Source: Synechococcus sp. A15-24
Lineage (GTDB): Bacteria > Cyanobacteriota > Cyanobacteriia > PCC-6307 > Cyanobiaceae
NCBI RefSeq assembly: GCF_014280195.1
Contig: NZ_CP047960.1
Location: 1,830,001-1,862,000 of the forward strand
Direction of reading: 5' to 3'
DNA: 32,000 nucleotides
The notes beneath the pieces are model-generated. The model was not told the origin of the DNA and made no database searches. It saw only the letters and a program-made list of their open reading frames with translations. This document shows, one piece after another, positions 14,950-25,214 of the stretch (its first letter is position 1; each line of letters starts with the position of its first letter). The translations under genes were made by a program, and so were the position numbers.

Positions 14950-16452
14950 TTGACGTCAACCGGTGTGATCGTGATCGGTGGCGGCATCGCCGGGCTAACC
15001 GCAGCGGCGCTGCTGGCCAAGCAGGGGCTGCCGGTGACGCTGCTGGAGGCACATCACCAGCCGGGGGGCTGTGCCGGCACCTTCCGCCGAGGGCCGTGGA
15101 CCTTTGACGTGGGCGCCACCCAGGTGGCCGGGCTCGAACCGGGCGGCAGCCACGCCCGTCTGCTGCAGCATCTGGGCCTGCCCCTACCGGAAGCCGAGAT
15201 CCTCGATCCTGGCTGCGTGGTGGACCTCGGGGATGGCTCCGAGCCCATCCCCCTCTGGCATAACCCCGAGCGCTGGAACGCCGAACGCCGTCGCCAGTTT
15301 CCCGGCAGCGACGCCTTCTGGCGCCTCTGTGAGCTGATCCATCGCAGCAACTGGGGCTTCGCCGGTCGTGATCCGGTGGTCACGCCGCGCTCCCTCTGGG
15401 ACCTGCGCCAACTGGTTTCCGCCCTGCGCCCGATCACCGTGGCGTCGGGTCTGCTGACGGGCCTGACCATGGCCGACCTGCTCGGCCTTTGCGGTTGCGG
15501 CGACGACCCGCGCCTGCGACGGTTTCTCGACCTCCAGCTCAAGCTGTATTCCCAAGAGCCCGCGGACCGGACCGCAGCGCTCTACGGCGCCACGGTGCTA
15601 CAGATAGCCCAGGCACCCCTGGGGCTCTGGCATCTGCAGGGCTCCATGCAGGTTCTCAGCGATCAGCTGGTGCAGGCGATCGAAACCCAGGGCGGCCGCG
15701 TGCTGATGCGCCATCGGGTCACCGCCCTCGAGCCCACCGACCAGGGCTGGCGGGTGGTGGTGGACAGTCCCACCGGCCGTGATCAGATCCACATGGCCGC
15801 CGATCTGGTCTGCAGCCTGCCGCCCCAGTGCTTGCTGGAGCTGATCCCCGAGGCCGTGATGACCAGGGGTTACCGGCAACGCCTGAGCCAGCTGCCGGAA
15901 CCCAGTGGCGCCCTGGTGCTCTACGGCGCGGTGCGACGGGAGGTATTACCCAGCGCCTGCCCGGGCCATCTGCAACGGGGATCCCACGATCCAGGCTCCC
16001 TGTTCGTTTCGATCAGCCGCGAGGGTGACGGACGGGCACCGGCGGGTCAGGCCACCCTCATCGCCAGCGTGTTCACCCCCACCGCGGACTGGTGCAGCCT
16101 CGAGGAGGAGCCGTACCAGGCCCGCAAAAGCGAGTGCCTGGACGCCATGCGACGGGAGCTCAACCACTGGCTTGATCTGCAGCCCCAGGACTGGTTGCAC
16201 GTGGAATTGGCCACCCCCCGGGGATTCGCCGGTTGGACCGGGCGACCGCGGGGGATAGTGGGGGGACTCGGCCAGCATCCGAGCCGCTTCGGACCCTTCG
16301 GTCTGGCGGGCCGCTCGCCGATGGCAGGGCTCTGGCTCTGCGGCGACAGCCTCCACCCCGGAGAAGGAACGGCAGGCGTCAGCCTTTCAGCCCTCAATGC
16401 CTGTCGGCAGCTGGTGGCAGCGCGCGGCGGCGAGCTGCAGCTCAGGGGTTGA
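14950..16452 (+). CDS. FAD-dependent oxidoreductase of the phytoene desaturase/carotenoid isomerase (CrtD/CrtISO-like) family
   Basis: Dinucleotide-binding [36 protein letters not shown] and C-terminal [18 protein letters not shown]. The TTG 14950 start is inferred. Confidence 0.7.
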   Translation: MTSTGVIVIGGGIAGLTAAALLAKQGLPVTLLEAHHQPGGCAGTFRRGPWTFDVGATQVAGLEPGGSHARLLQHLGLPLPEAEILDPGCVVDLGDGSEPIPLWHNPERWNAERRRQFPGSDAFWRLCELIHRSNWGFAGRDPVVTPRSLWDLRQLVSALRPITVASGLLTGLTMADLLGLCGCGDDPRLRRFLDLQLKLYSQEPADRTAALYGATVLQIAQAPLGLWHLQGSMQVLSDQLVQAIETQGGRVLMRHRVTALEPTDQGWRVVVDSPTGRDQIHMAADLVCSLPPQCLLELIPEAVMTRGYRQRLSQLPEPSGALVLYGAVRREVLPSACPGHLQRGSHDPGSLFVSISREGDGRAPAGQATLIASVFTPTADWCSLEEEPYQARKSECLDAMRRELNHWLDLQPQDWLHVELATPRGFAGWTGRPRGIVGGLGQHPSRFGPFGLAGRSPMAGLWLCGDSLHPGEGTAGVSLSALNACRQLVAARGGELQLRG

Positions 16453-17341
16453 GTTCAGCCGAAGCATCCAGGAACCCGGGACGCAGGTGCTGCGTTCGGG
16501 TCAGCTCCTTGTGCAGCTGATCCCAGTTGGTTTTGATCACGGCATCCTCCAGCTGCTCGAGACTCCAGCGGTAGGCCGCCAGGGCCTTGAGCACCGCCTC
16601 ACGGTTGCTGCTGGCCATGGCCACCCCTAGGTCGGGGTTGCCGCCACCGACGCGGCTGGTGTCGGCGAAACCACTGGAGGCCAGGGCCTGGGCCAAGGTG
16701 CGGATCTCAGGGTCGCGTTCATCGCCGGCGGCCCGCAACAGAGCAGCGCTGACCAACACCGGCATGTGGGAGATCAGGGCCACCGCCTGGTCGTGTTGGG
16801 CGGCGGCGGCCGTGAACCAACGGCTGCCGAGTCGCCTGGCCAGGTCTTCCACCACCGCCAGTGCCGCCGCATCGGTCTTGACATCCGGAGTGGCAATCCA
16901 GGGGCGCCCCTGGAACAGATCGCGCTGGCCTGCCTCCACCCCGGCCTGCGCCGTTCCCGCCATGGGGTGGCTGGCCACAAAACGTGGGTGACGGCCGTTC
17001 CACACCTCCAGCACCGGTTGTTTCACCGAACCGACATCGGTGACCACCGCCTCAGCCGGCAGGGCCTCCAGCAATTCCGAATTCGGCCTGAGCAGCGCCG
17101 GAATCGGTAACGCCAGGATCACCAGGTCGCAGCAGGCCAGGCAGGCGGGATCGGTGCTCACCGCGCTGACCAGTCCCCGCTCCATCGCCCGTTCTGCTGT
17201 TGAAGAACGGTGGACCAGGCCTTGCACCTTGATGCCCTGAGCGCGCAGATCCAAGCCAATCGATCCACCGATCAGGCCCAGACCGACGATGCCAACGCAG
17301 CCCGAATCCACACCCATGCCGCTCAACGGTCCTGTGTCCAT
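16442..17341 (-). CDS. tyrA: prephenate/arogenate dehydrogenase
   Basis: N-terminal [17 protein letters not shown] Rossmann motif and the SHPMAG motif. Confidence 0.8.
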   Translation of the reverse strand: MDTGPLSGMGVDSGCVGIVGLGLIGGSIGLDLRAQGIKVQGLVHRSSTAERAMERGLVSAVSTDPACLACCDLVILALPIPALLRPNSELLEALPAEAVVTDVGSVKQPVLEVWNGRHPRFVASHPMAGTAQAGVEAGQRDLFQGRPWIATPDVKTDAAALAVVEDLARRLGSRWFTAAAAQHDQAVALISHMPVLVSAALLRAAGDERDPEIRTLAQALASSGFADTSRVGGGNPDLGVAMASSNREAVLKALAAYRWSLEQLEDAVIKTNWDQLHKELTRTQHLRPGFLDASAELNP

Positions 17342-17399
17342 GTTGGTCGATCGATTGCGATGAACCGTTTGGGCATCGAACTCTGCGTATGGTTCACTG

Positions 17400-18845
17400 A
17401 TGCTTGAAGCCCAGGCCCACAGTCACCTGAAGACACTGCTGCAGCAGGGTGAATCGAACTGGCCCCATCACCTGACCCTCAGCCGGCTGGTGGGTCGCAG
17501 CCTGAGACGTGGCGACAGGACCCTGCTGCGTCTGGCACCGAATCAACGGGAACGCTGGTGGCTGGGGCTGCTGATGCCGCTGTGTCTGCAACCCAGCAGC
17601 GCCGTGCTCGTGCTCACAGCGCAACAGCGGCAGCGACTGCTGCAGGTGGAACGTCCGCGCCTGGCCCGCCAGGGATTCCGACTGGCCTGCTGGGAGGGCA
17701 GCACCCCGCCGCCGCAGGATCAGCTCTGGCTGCTGGACCATGCCGGCATGATTCAGGCTCACCGCAATGACCTGCTGGGTGATCGTCAGTTGCTGTTGCC
17801 AGGCATCGATCAGCTCAGCGAACAGCTGCGGCGGTGCATGGCCATCCGTTTGGATGCAAGCCACTGGGAACAGTTGCGTCTGGCCCTACCCCAGGCCGAA
17901 AAGCCATTGCTGGAGTTGCATGAACGGCTCAGCAGACAACTGTTCCGGGAAGCGCCACGGGTTGACGCCTGCATTCGACTGGACAACAGCGCCTGCCAGA
18001 GCCTGCGGGATCTGCTGGGGGTGATGGGGCCCTGTCCATCCCCCTGGTCTGAATTGCTGGCCTGCGATCCCCGCGAGTGGGGCAACTGGGCCGAGCTGGA
18101 TCACACGATGCTGCAGTGGAGCTGGTGCCTGGAACCACTGGAGCCCCTGCAGCAACTGCAGGGGCTGCTGAGCCAGCGGCCGACGCTGATGCTGAGCGAC
18201 AGCGGGGACAGCGCCCGGCTGGAACAGGAACTGCAGGAGGCGAATGCCTCGCCCACGGTGACCGCGGTGCTGCGGGAGGCCGAACTGGAGGAGCCACTGC
18301 CGTTGTTTGCCCCCAGGCGTCAGCCCTTACCGAACACGGAGATCTATGCCGAGCATCTGCTGGAGCAAAGCCGGCGACTGATCCTGGGTCGCCCGGGCCT
18401 CACGGTGCTGCTGCTCGACGACCCCAGCCTGCGCCGTTCCCTCACGGCATCGCTGGCCGCCGAATTCGGCACCCGAGTTCAGGATGAGTGCACTGCACCG
18501 GAAGTCAACGGGGTGATCAGCGGCAGCTGGAGCTGGTGGTTGCAGCACCTTGACCAGTTGCCTGAGCCGGAGCAGATCATCATCGGCCTGCTGCCGATCG
18601 CCAGCCTCACCAGCCCGATCACAGCCGCTCGGGTGGAACGGTTGAAATCCCAGGGTGCGGACTGGTTCCGCTCCCTGCTGTTGCCGGAAGCACTGCGCCA
18701 GATCCCTGCCGCAGTCGCACCCCTGCGCCGATCTGGAGGCAGGCTTGCGGTGCTGGATGGCCGCCTGTGGGGGCGGAGCTGGGGCGATCAGGTGCTGCAA
18801 CGGCTTGAACCCTGGCGACCGCTTCAACGTCTTCTGCCTGACTGA
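17400..18845 (+). CDS. DinG/Rad3-like helicase-related protein with no recognisable P-loop
   Basis: C-terminal IIIGLLPIASLTSPITAARVERLKSQGADWF...RLAVLDGRLWGRSWG resembles DinG motifs V-VI. There is no GxxxxGK[ST] anywhere in the 481 aa. Confidence 0.4.
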   Translation: MLEAQAHSHLKTLLQQGESNWPHHLTLSRLVGRSLRRGDRTLLRLAPNQRERWWLGLLMPLCLQPSSAVLVLTAQQRQRLLQVERPRLARQGFRLACWEGSTPPPQDQLWLLDHAGMIQAHRNDLLGDRQLLLPGIDQLSEQLRRCMAIRLDASHWEQLRLALPQAEKPLLELHERLSRQLFREAPRVDACIRLDNSACQSLRDLLGVMGPCPSPWSELLACDPREWGNWAELDHTMLQWSWCLEPLEPLQQLQGLLSQRPTLMLSDSGDSARLEQELQEANASPTVTAVLREAELEEPLPLFAPRRQPLPNTEIYAEHLLEQSRRLILGRPGLTVLLLDDPSLRRSLTASLAAEFGTRVQDECTAPEVNGVISGSWSWWLQHLDQLPEPEQIIIGLLPIASLTSPITAARVERLKSQGADWFRSLLLPEALRQIPAAVAPLRRSGGRLAVLDGRLWGRSWGDQVLQRLEPWRPLQRLLPD

Positions 18846-18888
18846 CTCACCCGCTTTAGAGCTGAATAAGCTGAAGTGACGACAGCTT

Positions 18889-19143
18889 GTGGGGATGGGA
18901 GAAGCTCGCCGACGGTCGGCCCAGGGCCTGCCACCACGCCAACCCAAGAAGGGTGCGTCCCCGAAGGACACCTCCCCACGGATCGTGTCCTGGATCCCCC
19001 TGACCCGGAATCAAGCCCAGCAGTTTGTGGCGGTCACCACTCGTGGGGCATGGATCGGCATCGGCGCAATGGTCGTGTTCTGGGTGACGGTGCGCTTCAT
19101 CGGACCTGCCGCGGGCTGGTGGACCCTGGCGGACACCCCCTGA
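18889..19143 (+). CDS. small membrane protein (basic N-terminus, one or two TM segments)
   Basis: ORF with host-like codon bias and a hydrophobic stretch AWIGIGAMVVFWVTVRFIGPAAGWW. Confidence 0.45.
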   Translation: MGMGEARRRSAQGLPPRQPKKGASPKDTSPRIVSWIPLTRNQAQQFVAVTTRGAWIGIGAMVVFWVTVRFIGPAAGWWTLADTP

Positions 19144-19214
19144 CACCCCTTCCAGACAGGGACACACAGAAGCTGAAGAGAACCTTTAGCCTGGGTCTTG
19201 CTTAGGACTCAGGC

Positions 19215-19571
19215 ATGTTCCCCCGTCTCGCCGAGCACTACCGCTCTGTGGTTCAGGATCTCGTGATGAGCCTGCAAGCACTGGCCTCCGGCCTGAAAGC
19301 CTGCGGCATGACCGCCAGTTGCTACTCCTGCGGTGATGGCGAGGATGCCCATGGCGCGTCGTTCGTCTCCGACCTCGGCGATGGCCACGTGGTGCGTTTC
19401 CTCGTGTCCGATTTCGGTATCAGCTGGGTGGAGTCCCGCAACGGCCACGAGCTGGTGAAGCTGGAAGGCGCCGAAGCCATCCAGGAACTGCAGCGAATGA
19501 CCGAAATGCTGCACCAAAGCCGGGGTGCGGACAGCACAGCAAGCCAACTGTCCGCTCCATCCCCGGCCTGA
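19215..19571 (+). CDS. conserved hypothetical protein (118 aa)
   Basis: ATG-initiated ORF filling the gap before recA. No motif recognised. Confidence 0.45.
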   Translation: MFPRLAEHYRSVVQDLVMSLQALASGLKACGMTASCYSCGDGEDAHGASFVSDLGDGHVVRFLVSDFGISWVESRNGHELVKLEGAEAIQELQRMTEMLHQSRGADSTASQLSAPSPA

Positions 19572-19572
19572 G

Positions 19573-20700
19573 TCAGGCCGCCGCCTCATCCGCCGAGGCC
19601 TTCGGGGCCGCGGCCGCTGCCGTGCGAGCCGCTGCTGCAAGCGGTTTCATCGAGTTGGCCTTCACTTCAGATCCCTCGGTGAGCTTCTGACGCACGAGCT
19701 GCTCGATCGTGATGGCGGCTTCAGGGTTCTCTTCCATCCAGGTGATGGTGTTATCCCGCCCCTGGCCGATGTTGTCGCCCTCGTAGCTGTACCAGGCTCC
19801 CTTGCGGATCACCACACCGGTTTCTTCCGCCAGATCCAGCAGACAACCGAGGGTGCTGATGCCGCGGCCGAACAGGATGTCGAACTCAGCGATGCGGAAC
19901 GGCGGAGCCACCTTGTTCTTGGCGACCTTGACCTTCGCCCGGATCCCGAATTCCTCCGTTCCTTTCTTCAGCGTCTGGATCCGACGGATGTCCAGTCGAA
20001 CGGAGGCATAGAACTTCAACGCATTGCCACCCGTGGTGGTTTCAGGGTTGCCGTAGGTGACGCCGATCTTGAGGCGCAACTGGTTGAGGAAGATCACGGT
20101 GCAACCGGACTTGCCGATGTTGCCGGTGATCTTCCGCATCGCCTGACTCATCAGACGAGCCTGACTTCCAACCGCCAGATCTCCCATCTCACCTTCGATC
20201 TCAGCCCGCGGCGTCAGGGCGGCCACTGAGTCGATCACAACGATGTCTACCGCCGCTGAGCGCACCAGCTGATCGACGATCTCCAGCGCCATCTCGCCGG
20301 TATCTGGCTGGGACACCAGCAGATTTTCCACATCAACGCCGAGGGAGGCGGCGTAAACCGGGTCGAGGGCATGCTCAGCGTCGACGAAGGCAGCCACACC
20401 GCCGCGCTTCTGCACTTCTGCGATGGCATGCAGGGTGAGGGTCGTCTTACCGGAGCTCTCCGGTCCGTAGATCTCAACCACACGTCCCTTGGGGTAGCCA
20501 CCGCCAAGGGCCAGATCAAGGGTGAGGGCACCGGTGGAGATGGTTTCCACCCGCATCCGGGAGGCATCGCCAAGGCGCATGATCGACCCCTTGCCGAAGT
20601 TGCGCTCGATCTGGCCAAGCACCAGATTCAGCGCCTTGTCGCGCTCGCCGGAGGAACGGGGATCGGAACCGGAAGCGGCGGATTTCATCTCTGCAGGCAT
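19573..20700 (-). CDS. recA: recombinase RecA
   Basis: [13 protein letters not shown] Walker [10 protein letters not shown], the [13 protein letters not shown] region and a C-terminal acidic/Ala tail. Confidence 0.97.
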   Translation of the reverse strand: MPAEMKSAASGSDPRSSGERDKALNLVLGQIERNFGKGSIMRLGDASRMRVETISTGALTLDLALGGGYPKGRVVEIYGPESSGKTTLTLHAIAEVQKRGGVAAFVDAEHALDPVYAASLGVDVENLLVSQPDTGEMALEIVDQLVRSAAVDIVVIDSVAALTPRAEIEGEMGDLAVGSQARLMSQAMRKITGNIGKSGCTVIFLNQLRLKIGVTYGNPETTTGGNALKFYASVRLDIRRIQTLKKGTEEFGIRAKVKVAKNKVAPPFRIAEFDILFGRGISTLGCLLDLAEETGVVIRKGAWYSYEGDNIGQGRDNTITWMEENPEAAITIEQLVRQKLTEGSEVKANSMKPLAAAARTAAAAAPKASADEAAA

Positions 20701-20764
20701 GGAAGCAACCTGAAACTAAGGAACGAGAGATCCAATGCCACAGAAGCGCCGAATCGTCTCAGGT

Positions 20765-20778
20765 AGTACAGACGTACC
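20765..20778 (-). promoter_or_regulatory. LexA-box-like palindrome upstream of recA
   Basis: The minus strand reads GGTACGTCTGTACT, matching the cyanobacterial LexA consensus RGTACNNNDGTWCB at 14/14 positions, 65-78 nt upstream of the recA ATG. Confidence 0.5.
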
Positions 20779-20786
20779 CTAACGGA

Positions 20787-21536
20787 TCAGGGCCATTGCG
20801 CCAGGGGGGTCGCCAGTCGATCCGGGTCAATCAGCTGGATTCCATGCGGGAGATCCTCGCGATCAGAAGGCTTGAGATATCCCCAGCTCGCCAGCCAGCA
20901 CGGCAGCGACTGAAGACCATCGGTGTCTCGCACCGTCTCGAGGGTGGCACGGCGATCCTCGACAAAACCTGCCAGCACCCGTTCACGCTGGAGTCTCAGC
21001 AGCACCTCCGGCTTGGGACCGGCCTCCCGTCCATCCAGCCGCCAGGGCCTGAGCCCAAGGCTCTCCAGCAACTCAGCGGTGAACGCTGCCGTCTTGGTGG
21101 TGAGCACGGCCCAATCCACGCCCTCCTCCTGGAACGCCTGCAATCGATCCACGAGATCGGGAAAGGGTTGATGCAAGCCAAGCCAGGCCGCACGATCCGA
21201 GCTGACAGCCTGCTGCCGCGTCTGGTCCAGGGCCTCCTGCAGTTGAGACGCGGCCCAGCCGCGCCGCTCCAGGGCCATGGCCTGCTCAGCCTCGTAATCC
21301 ACAACCCAACGCTCGGGATCGAGCTGAGGCATTTCAGCGGCCAGTAACACCATCTCCCAGCCGTGATGGACCCAGGGACGTAACCGCCGGAAACCCTGCG
21401 GCACCGCATCAGGCCCGAGCCCCTGCGGCTCTGCATTGAGCCGCTGGGCTGCCATCCAGGCACTCCACCAGTACTCAGCCATGCCATCGACGATCACACC
21501 GTCAAAGTCGAAGACAAGAAGGGAGTGTGCCGTCAT
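20787..21536 (-). CDS. HAD-superfamily hydrolase
   Basis: N-terminal LVFDFDGVIVDG (DxDG motif I). Confidence 0.65.
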   Translation of the reverse strand: MTAHSLLVFDFDGVIVDGMAEYWWSAWMAAQRLNAEPQGLGPDAVPQGFRRLRPWVHHGWEMVLLAAEMPQLDPERWVVDYEAEQAMALERRGWAASQLQEALDQTRQQAVSSDRAAWLGLHQPFPDLVDRLQAFQEEGVDWAVLTTKTAAFTAELLESLGLRPWRLDGREAGPKPEVLLRLQRERVLAGFVEDRRATLETVRDTDGLQSLPCWLASWGYLKPSDREDLPHGIQLIDPDRLATPLAQWP

Positions 21537-21546
21537 GACGGAAAAA

Positions 21547-21618
21547 CTGGGCCGCTAGGATTCGAACCTAGGAATGGCGAGACCAAAACCCGCTGCCTTA
21601 CCGCTTGGCGACGGCCCA
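21547..21618 (-). tRNA. tRNA-Gln (anticodon TTG)
   Basis: Hand-folded: acceptor TGGGCCG/CGGCCCA, anticodon stem GCGGG/CTCGC with loop TTTTGGT, and T arm CTAGG-TTCGAAT-CCTAG. Confidence 0.88.
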
Positions 21619-21708
21619 ATGATCCGGGCGACTCCGTAATCGAACGCGCTCCGGTTAGGAAATAGTTACCCACATCAGGCTCACCTTCGTCAATCCACCG
21701 TTGCCTGG

Positions 21709-23340
21709 TCAGGGGGGGAACACACGCAATCGGCATTGTTCGGCCTGGCCGAAGACATCACTACGCAGCCGGTAACGCTCCACAAGATCGGCCTGCATCC
21801 GGCGCACCCGCTCGGATCGCGGCAATAGTTCCACGGGCCGGCCCTGCGGCATCACCACCTGCTCCACGGCCAACCGACACTCCTCGAGGCCCGCCAGTTC
21901 GTCGTCCTGGCCGTCCCCGGAAACGGGACCTGGCTCCTCCTGATCCATGCCCTCGCGCCGACTGAGCAACCGTTCCAGCGCACGCTCCACCTGGGGCAGT
22001 GTGTCGGCCTTGATCACCAGGATCGGCACCTTCAGCTCACGGGCCTGCCGCCGCAGCGACGGCTGACGCCCCAGTCCCTGACGGATGCTCAACACCACAT
22101 CCGCATCGGAGAGATCCTCCACCACCTGCACGGGCCATCCATGGCGCCGGGTCGACTCGTCCACCAGTTGCGGTGTGATCCCGCAACAGAGCACCTGGAG
22201 GTCGTCGCTGGCGGGATCGACCTCCTCCTCTGGGTCGGGTAACGGTGGTTCAGCGGGCGGTGGCATCGGCACAGCCGCCAAAGCAGGCCGACTCTGCAGC
22301 CCAGGCTGTGCCAGCAGGCGAGGACGCCGCTCGTCCGGTGGATCCACCAACCGAACAGCGCCGTCGGCTGCCAGCTCCCGCTCCTGGATCCGGGGCGGGA
22401 GGCCGCGCAGCAACTGGTCCACCGTGGAGGCCACATCCGTATGCACCGCCCAGCGCTGACGACTGTGCATCTCCACCGCCACGGGGAACGTGGGCTCGGC
22501 AGCGCGCTCGAGCACCGTCTTCTGACTGCGCCGTCGCCGGGCTTCATCGTCCCCGAGGGTCACCGATTGAATGCCGCCCACGAGATCGCTGAGTGTGGGG
22601 TTCTTGATCAGATTGGCCAGGGCATTGCCATGGGCCGTGGCCACCAGCATCACGCCCCGTTCGGCAATCGTGCGGGCCGCCTGGGCCTCCAGCTCCGTCC
22701 CGATCTCGTCGATGACGATGACCTCGGGCATGTGGTTCTCCACCGCCTCGATCATCACCTGATGCTGGTGTTCAGGCCTGGCCACCTGCATCCGACGGGC
22801 CCGACCGATGGCGGGATGGGGGATGTCGCCGTCACCGGCGATTTCGTTGCTGGTGTCGATCACCACGACCCGTCGTTGCAGGTCATCCGCCAGCACGCGC
22901 GCAATCTCACGCAAGGCGGTGGTCTTTCCGACGCCTGGGCGCCCCATCAGCAGCAGGGACTGACCTCCATCCAGCAAATCCCGAACCAGGGCCACGGTGC
23001 CGAAGACCGCACGACCGACCCTGCAGGTCAGGCCGACCACATCCCCCCGGCGATTGCGGATGGCGCTGATCCGATGCAGGGTCCGCTCGATTCCGGCGCG
23101 ATTGTCTGCACCGAAACAACCCAGCCGAGCCACCATGGCGTCTAGGTCGTCGCGGGTGAGGGCAACCTCACCAAGGGCCACCGCCTGGCCGGGGTAACGC
23201 GCCTCAGGGACACGTCCCAGATCCAGCACCACCTCGAGCAGCTGGTCCCGGCGCTCTGGCGGGCGAAGAGCGTCACGCACCGGATCGGGGAGCAGAGCCA
23301 ACAACCGCTCGAGATCGTCTGTGATCCGTTGTGTGGTCAT
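21709..23340 (-). CDS. ycf45: Ycf45-type AAA ATPase with C-terminal R3H nucleic-acid-binding region
   Basis: GRPGVGKTTALREIARVLADD, VVVIDTSNEIAGDGDIPHPAIGRARRMQV, VMIEAVENHMPEVIVIDEIGT and TAHGNALANLIKNPTLSDLVGGIQSVTLGDDEARRR. ATG 23340 is preferred as the start. Confidence 0.85.
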   Translation of the reverse strand: MTTQRITDDLERLLALLPDPVRDALRPPERRDQLLEVVLDLGRVPEARYPGQAVALGEVALTRDDLDAMVARLGCFGADNRAGIERTLHRISAIRNRRGDVVGLTCRVGRAVFGTVALVRDLLDGGQSLLLMGRPGVGKTTALREIARVLADDLQRRVVVIDTSNEIAGDGDIPHPAIGRARRMQVARPEHQHQVMIEAVENHMPEVIVIDEIGTELEAQAARTIAERGVMLVATAHGNALANLIKNPTLSDLVGGIQSVTLGDDEARRRRSQKTVLERAAEPTFPVAVEMHSRQRWAVHTDVASTVDQLLRGLPPRIQERELAADGAVRLVDPPDERRPRLLAQPGLQSRPALAAVPMPPPAEPPLPDPEEEVDPASDDLQVLCCGITPQLVDESTRRHGWPVQVVEDLSDADVVLSIRQGLGRQPSLRRQARELKVPILVIKADTLPQVERALERLLSRREGMDQEEPGPVSGDGQDDELAGLEECRLAVEQVVMPQGRPVELLPRSERVRRMQADLVERYRLRSDVFGQAEQCRLRVFPP

Positions 23341-23363
23341 CACGGCATCCCCCGGACCCGCTT

Positions 23364-24410
23364 CTAGCAGGGGCGTTCCATCCCTGGCCGTCGCCGCCAT
23401 GGCTCCACCAAAGAGCGGGCCAGGTTCAGCCCAGCCCGCCAGCCCTCGGGCCAGTGACGCAGAGACGTGCCCTGGGCCTGCGCCTCGTGAATCAAGGGCA
23501 TCAGCAGACGACGAGCCATCCCCCCGAAGGCGACGCCTGCAGGGCGCTCCTCAGGCCGCAACAGCTGCACTGTGCTGGCATTGGTGCCGCCGGCCAGCTG
23601 CAGCGGTCCGGGCGGCGCCAGCGGCTGCATCCTGCGCCACAGCTGCACCGCGACCCGGGCCGCTCCGGCTCCCACATCACCACTCATCGGGCGTCCATCC
23701 AGCTGCCAGAGCGGGCTGAATCCCCAACGGCGCAGGCTGCTGTGTCGTTGCCACAGCTCCTGGCCAAGGGCAGCGGGAGTCAGCGCATGGCCCTCCAACC
23801 CGCAACTGACGGCCAAACGCTGCAGCGGCACTCCGGCGACGGCCAGCTGCGCCAACAGGGTGTCAAAGGCCTCACTCCGTCCCGGAGCGGTGTGTACTTC
23901 CACCGCATCGGGGCGCATCGACGCCAGCAGCTCAGCGATCGCGTCGGAGCTGAGGCGGTGGTCACGCTCTTCGATCAGACCGAGCGGACAGCTGGGTAGA
24001 CAGCGACCACAGCCATAGCAAAGGCGCTTATCCACCGCTCCCACCGCTGCGATCGCCTCCGCAGGGCAGGCCCGCTGGCACGGTCGCGGACAGTCGGCCG
24101 GACAACGGGCGGGATCAAACCAAGCCTTGCGGAAATGGGCGTCACGGCCATCGCTGACGCTCACCATCAGCCAAGGCCGTGCCATGCCGAGCTGGTCGAG
24201 CCACTGCAAGCCCTGACGAGCTGCTCTCACCACGGCCGAATCAGCGGCAACATCAACGCAATCAATGCCTGCTGCTCCGTACACAGCACAGAGATCCGCT
24301 ATCGCAGGCAGGTCCTGGTTGCTGGCACCACAGATCAACTTGACCCAGTGGCCACGACGCAGAGCGTCGTGAGGACTCAGCTGGCCAGCAGGCCGCTCAT
24401 CGGCTGCCAT
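23364..24410 (-). CDS. ldpA: LdpA-like iron-sulfur protein (two Cys clusters)
   Basis: [20 protein letters not shown]...[10 protein letters not shown] followed by [14 protein letters not shown] and [12 protein letters not shown]. Confidence 0.6.
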   Translation of the reverse strand: MAADERPAGQLSPHDALRRGHWVKLICGASNQDLPAIADLCAVYGAAGIDCVDVAADSAVVRAARQGLQWLDQLGMARPWLMVSVSDGRDAHFRKAWFDPARCPADCPRPCQRACPAEAIAAVGAVDKRLCYGCGRCLPSCPLGLIEERDHRLSSDAIAELLASMRPDAVEVHTAPGRSEAFDTLLAQLAVAGVPLQRLAVSCGLEGHALTPAALGQELWQRHSSLRRWGFSPLWQLDGRPMSGDVGAGAARVAVQLWRRMQPLAPPGPLQLAGGTNASTVQLLRPEERPAGVAFGGMARRLLMPLIHEAQAQGTSLRHWPEGWRAGLNLARSLVEPWRRRPGMERPC

Positions 24411-24838
24411 CGCAGGCTCCTGGCTCCACCCATCTCCACGATGATGCGCAGGCGTGGTTCGCGACTGCAGAGATCGCAGAGAGAGCGCAGTTCTGATTGC
24501 GAGAGCACTTGCCCCTCAAGAAGCCAAAGCGCCACCTGGGCGTCACCATCGAGCAGATCACCCAGCTGCGGCACCACCTCCTGGACCTCACCGACAGCAG
24601 CACCACGACCGACGCTTTGATGTCCCAGATGTGGGGGACGGATGCCGTGCTTCTGCGTCAGGAACACCTCCGGATCGCCCAGGCCACGGGCTGACCAGAG
24701 TCGAGTGCGATAGCCGGCACCGCGCAACCGTCGCAACAACCTGGTTTCGGCACCGCCTTCCAAAGGCGCATGAACGGCCAGACAACCATGGGCTTCGAGA
24801 TCACGGCGGAATGTCCGGCCGGTGAGAAGCAGAGGCAT
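24377..24838 (-). CDS. ndhN: NAD(P)H-quinone oxidoreductase subunit N
   Basis: [45 protein letters not shown]...[26 protein letters not shown] 24838. Confidence 0.8.
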   Translation of the reverse strand: MPLLLTGRTFRRDLEAHGCLAVHAPLEGGAETRLLRRLRGAGYRTRLWSARGLGDPEVFLTQKHGIRPPHLGHQSVGRGAAVGEVQEVVPQLGDLLDGDAQVALWLLEGQVLSQSELRSLCDLCSREPRLRIIVEMGGARSLRWQPMSGLLAS

Positions 24839-25214
24839 GGCTGCAGGATGGCTGGTCGAGAGTCTGGCAGCCAAAGGCAAGAGCAGGGAAGGGAGGTCTG
24901 ACGCTGCTGTATGTTCTTTGTTTGTTCTGCGTTTCTGTGCCCGTCCGCTAGCCGGGCCTCCAGTCGGCAGAACAGACCCCGCGATTGCGCAGGGTCCTCA
25001 GGCCAGTGCGGGTCCTCCGATCCGCCGGGAAACTTCCAGAGCACCTCGTGCACAGGTCAGTCCCAGCCTCGCTGAATCGACCGCTAGCCCCATTCGAGAG
25101 ACGTTCCTTCCAGGATTCTTCGCTCGAACCACGTCTGCGTCCAACCGATCAGCAAACCACGCCCCATCCGGGTCACCGGGTGGTGCTAGTCCCGCTGGCG
25201 CTTCCTCCCCACTC

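Noticed and set aside
21533-21736. 67-aa ORF on the minus strand
   Set aside because: It is almost entirely occupied by tRNA-Gln and the spacer before ycf45, and its frame runs through the tRNA.
24822-25214. 131-aa N-terminal extension of L3 suggested by the ORF track
   Set aside because: L3 begins at the conserved [12 protein letters not shown] (ATG 25215). The extension overlaps the ndhN start on the other strand and is Arg/Pro/Ser-rich filler.
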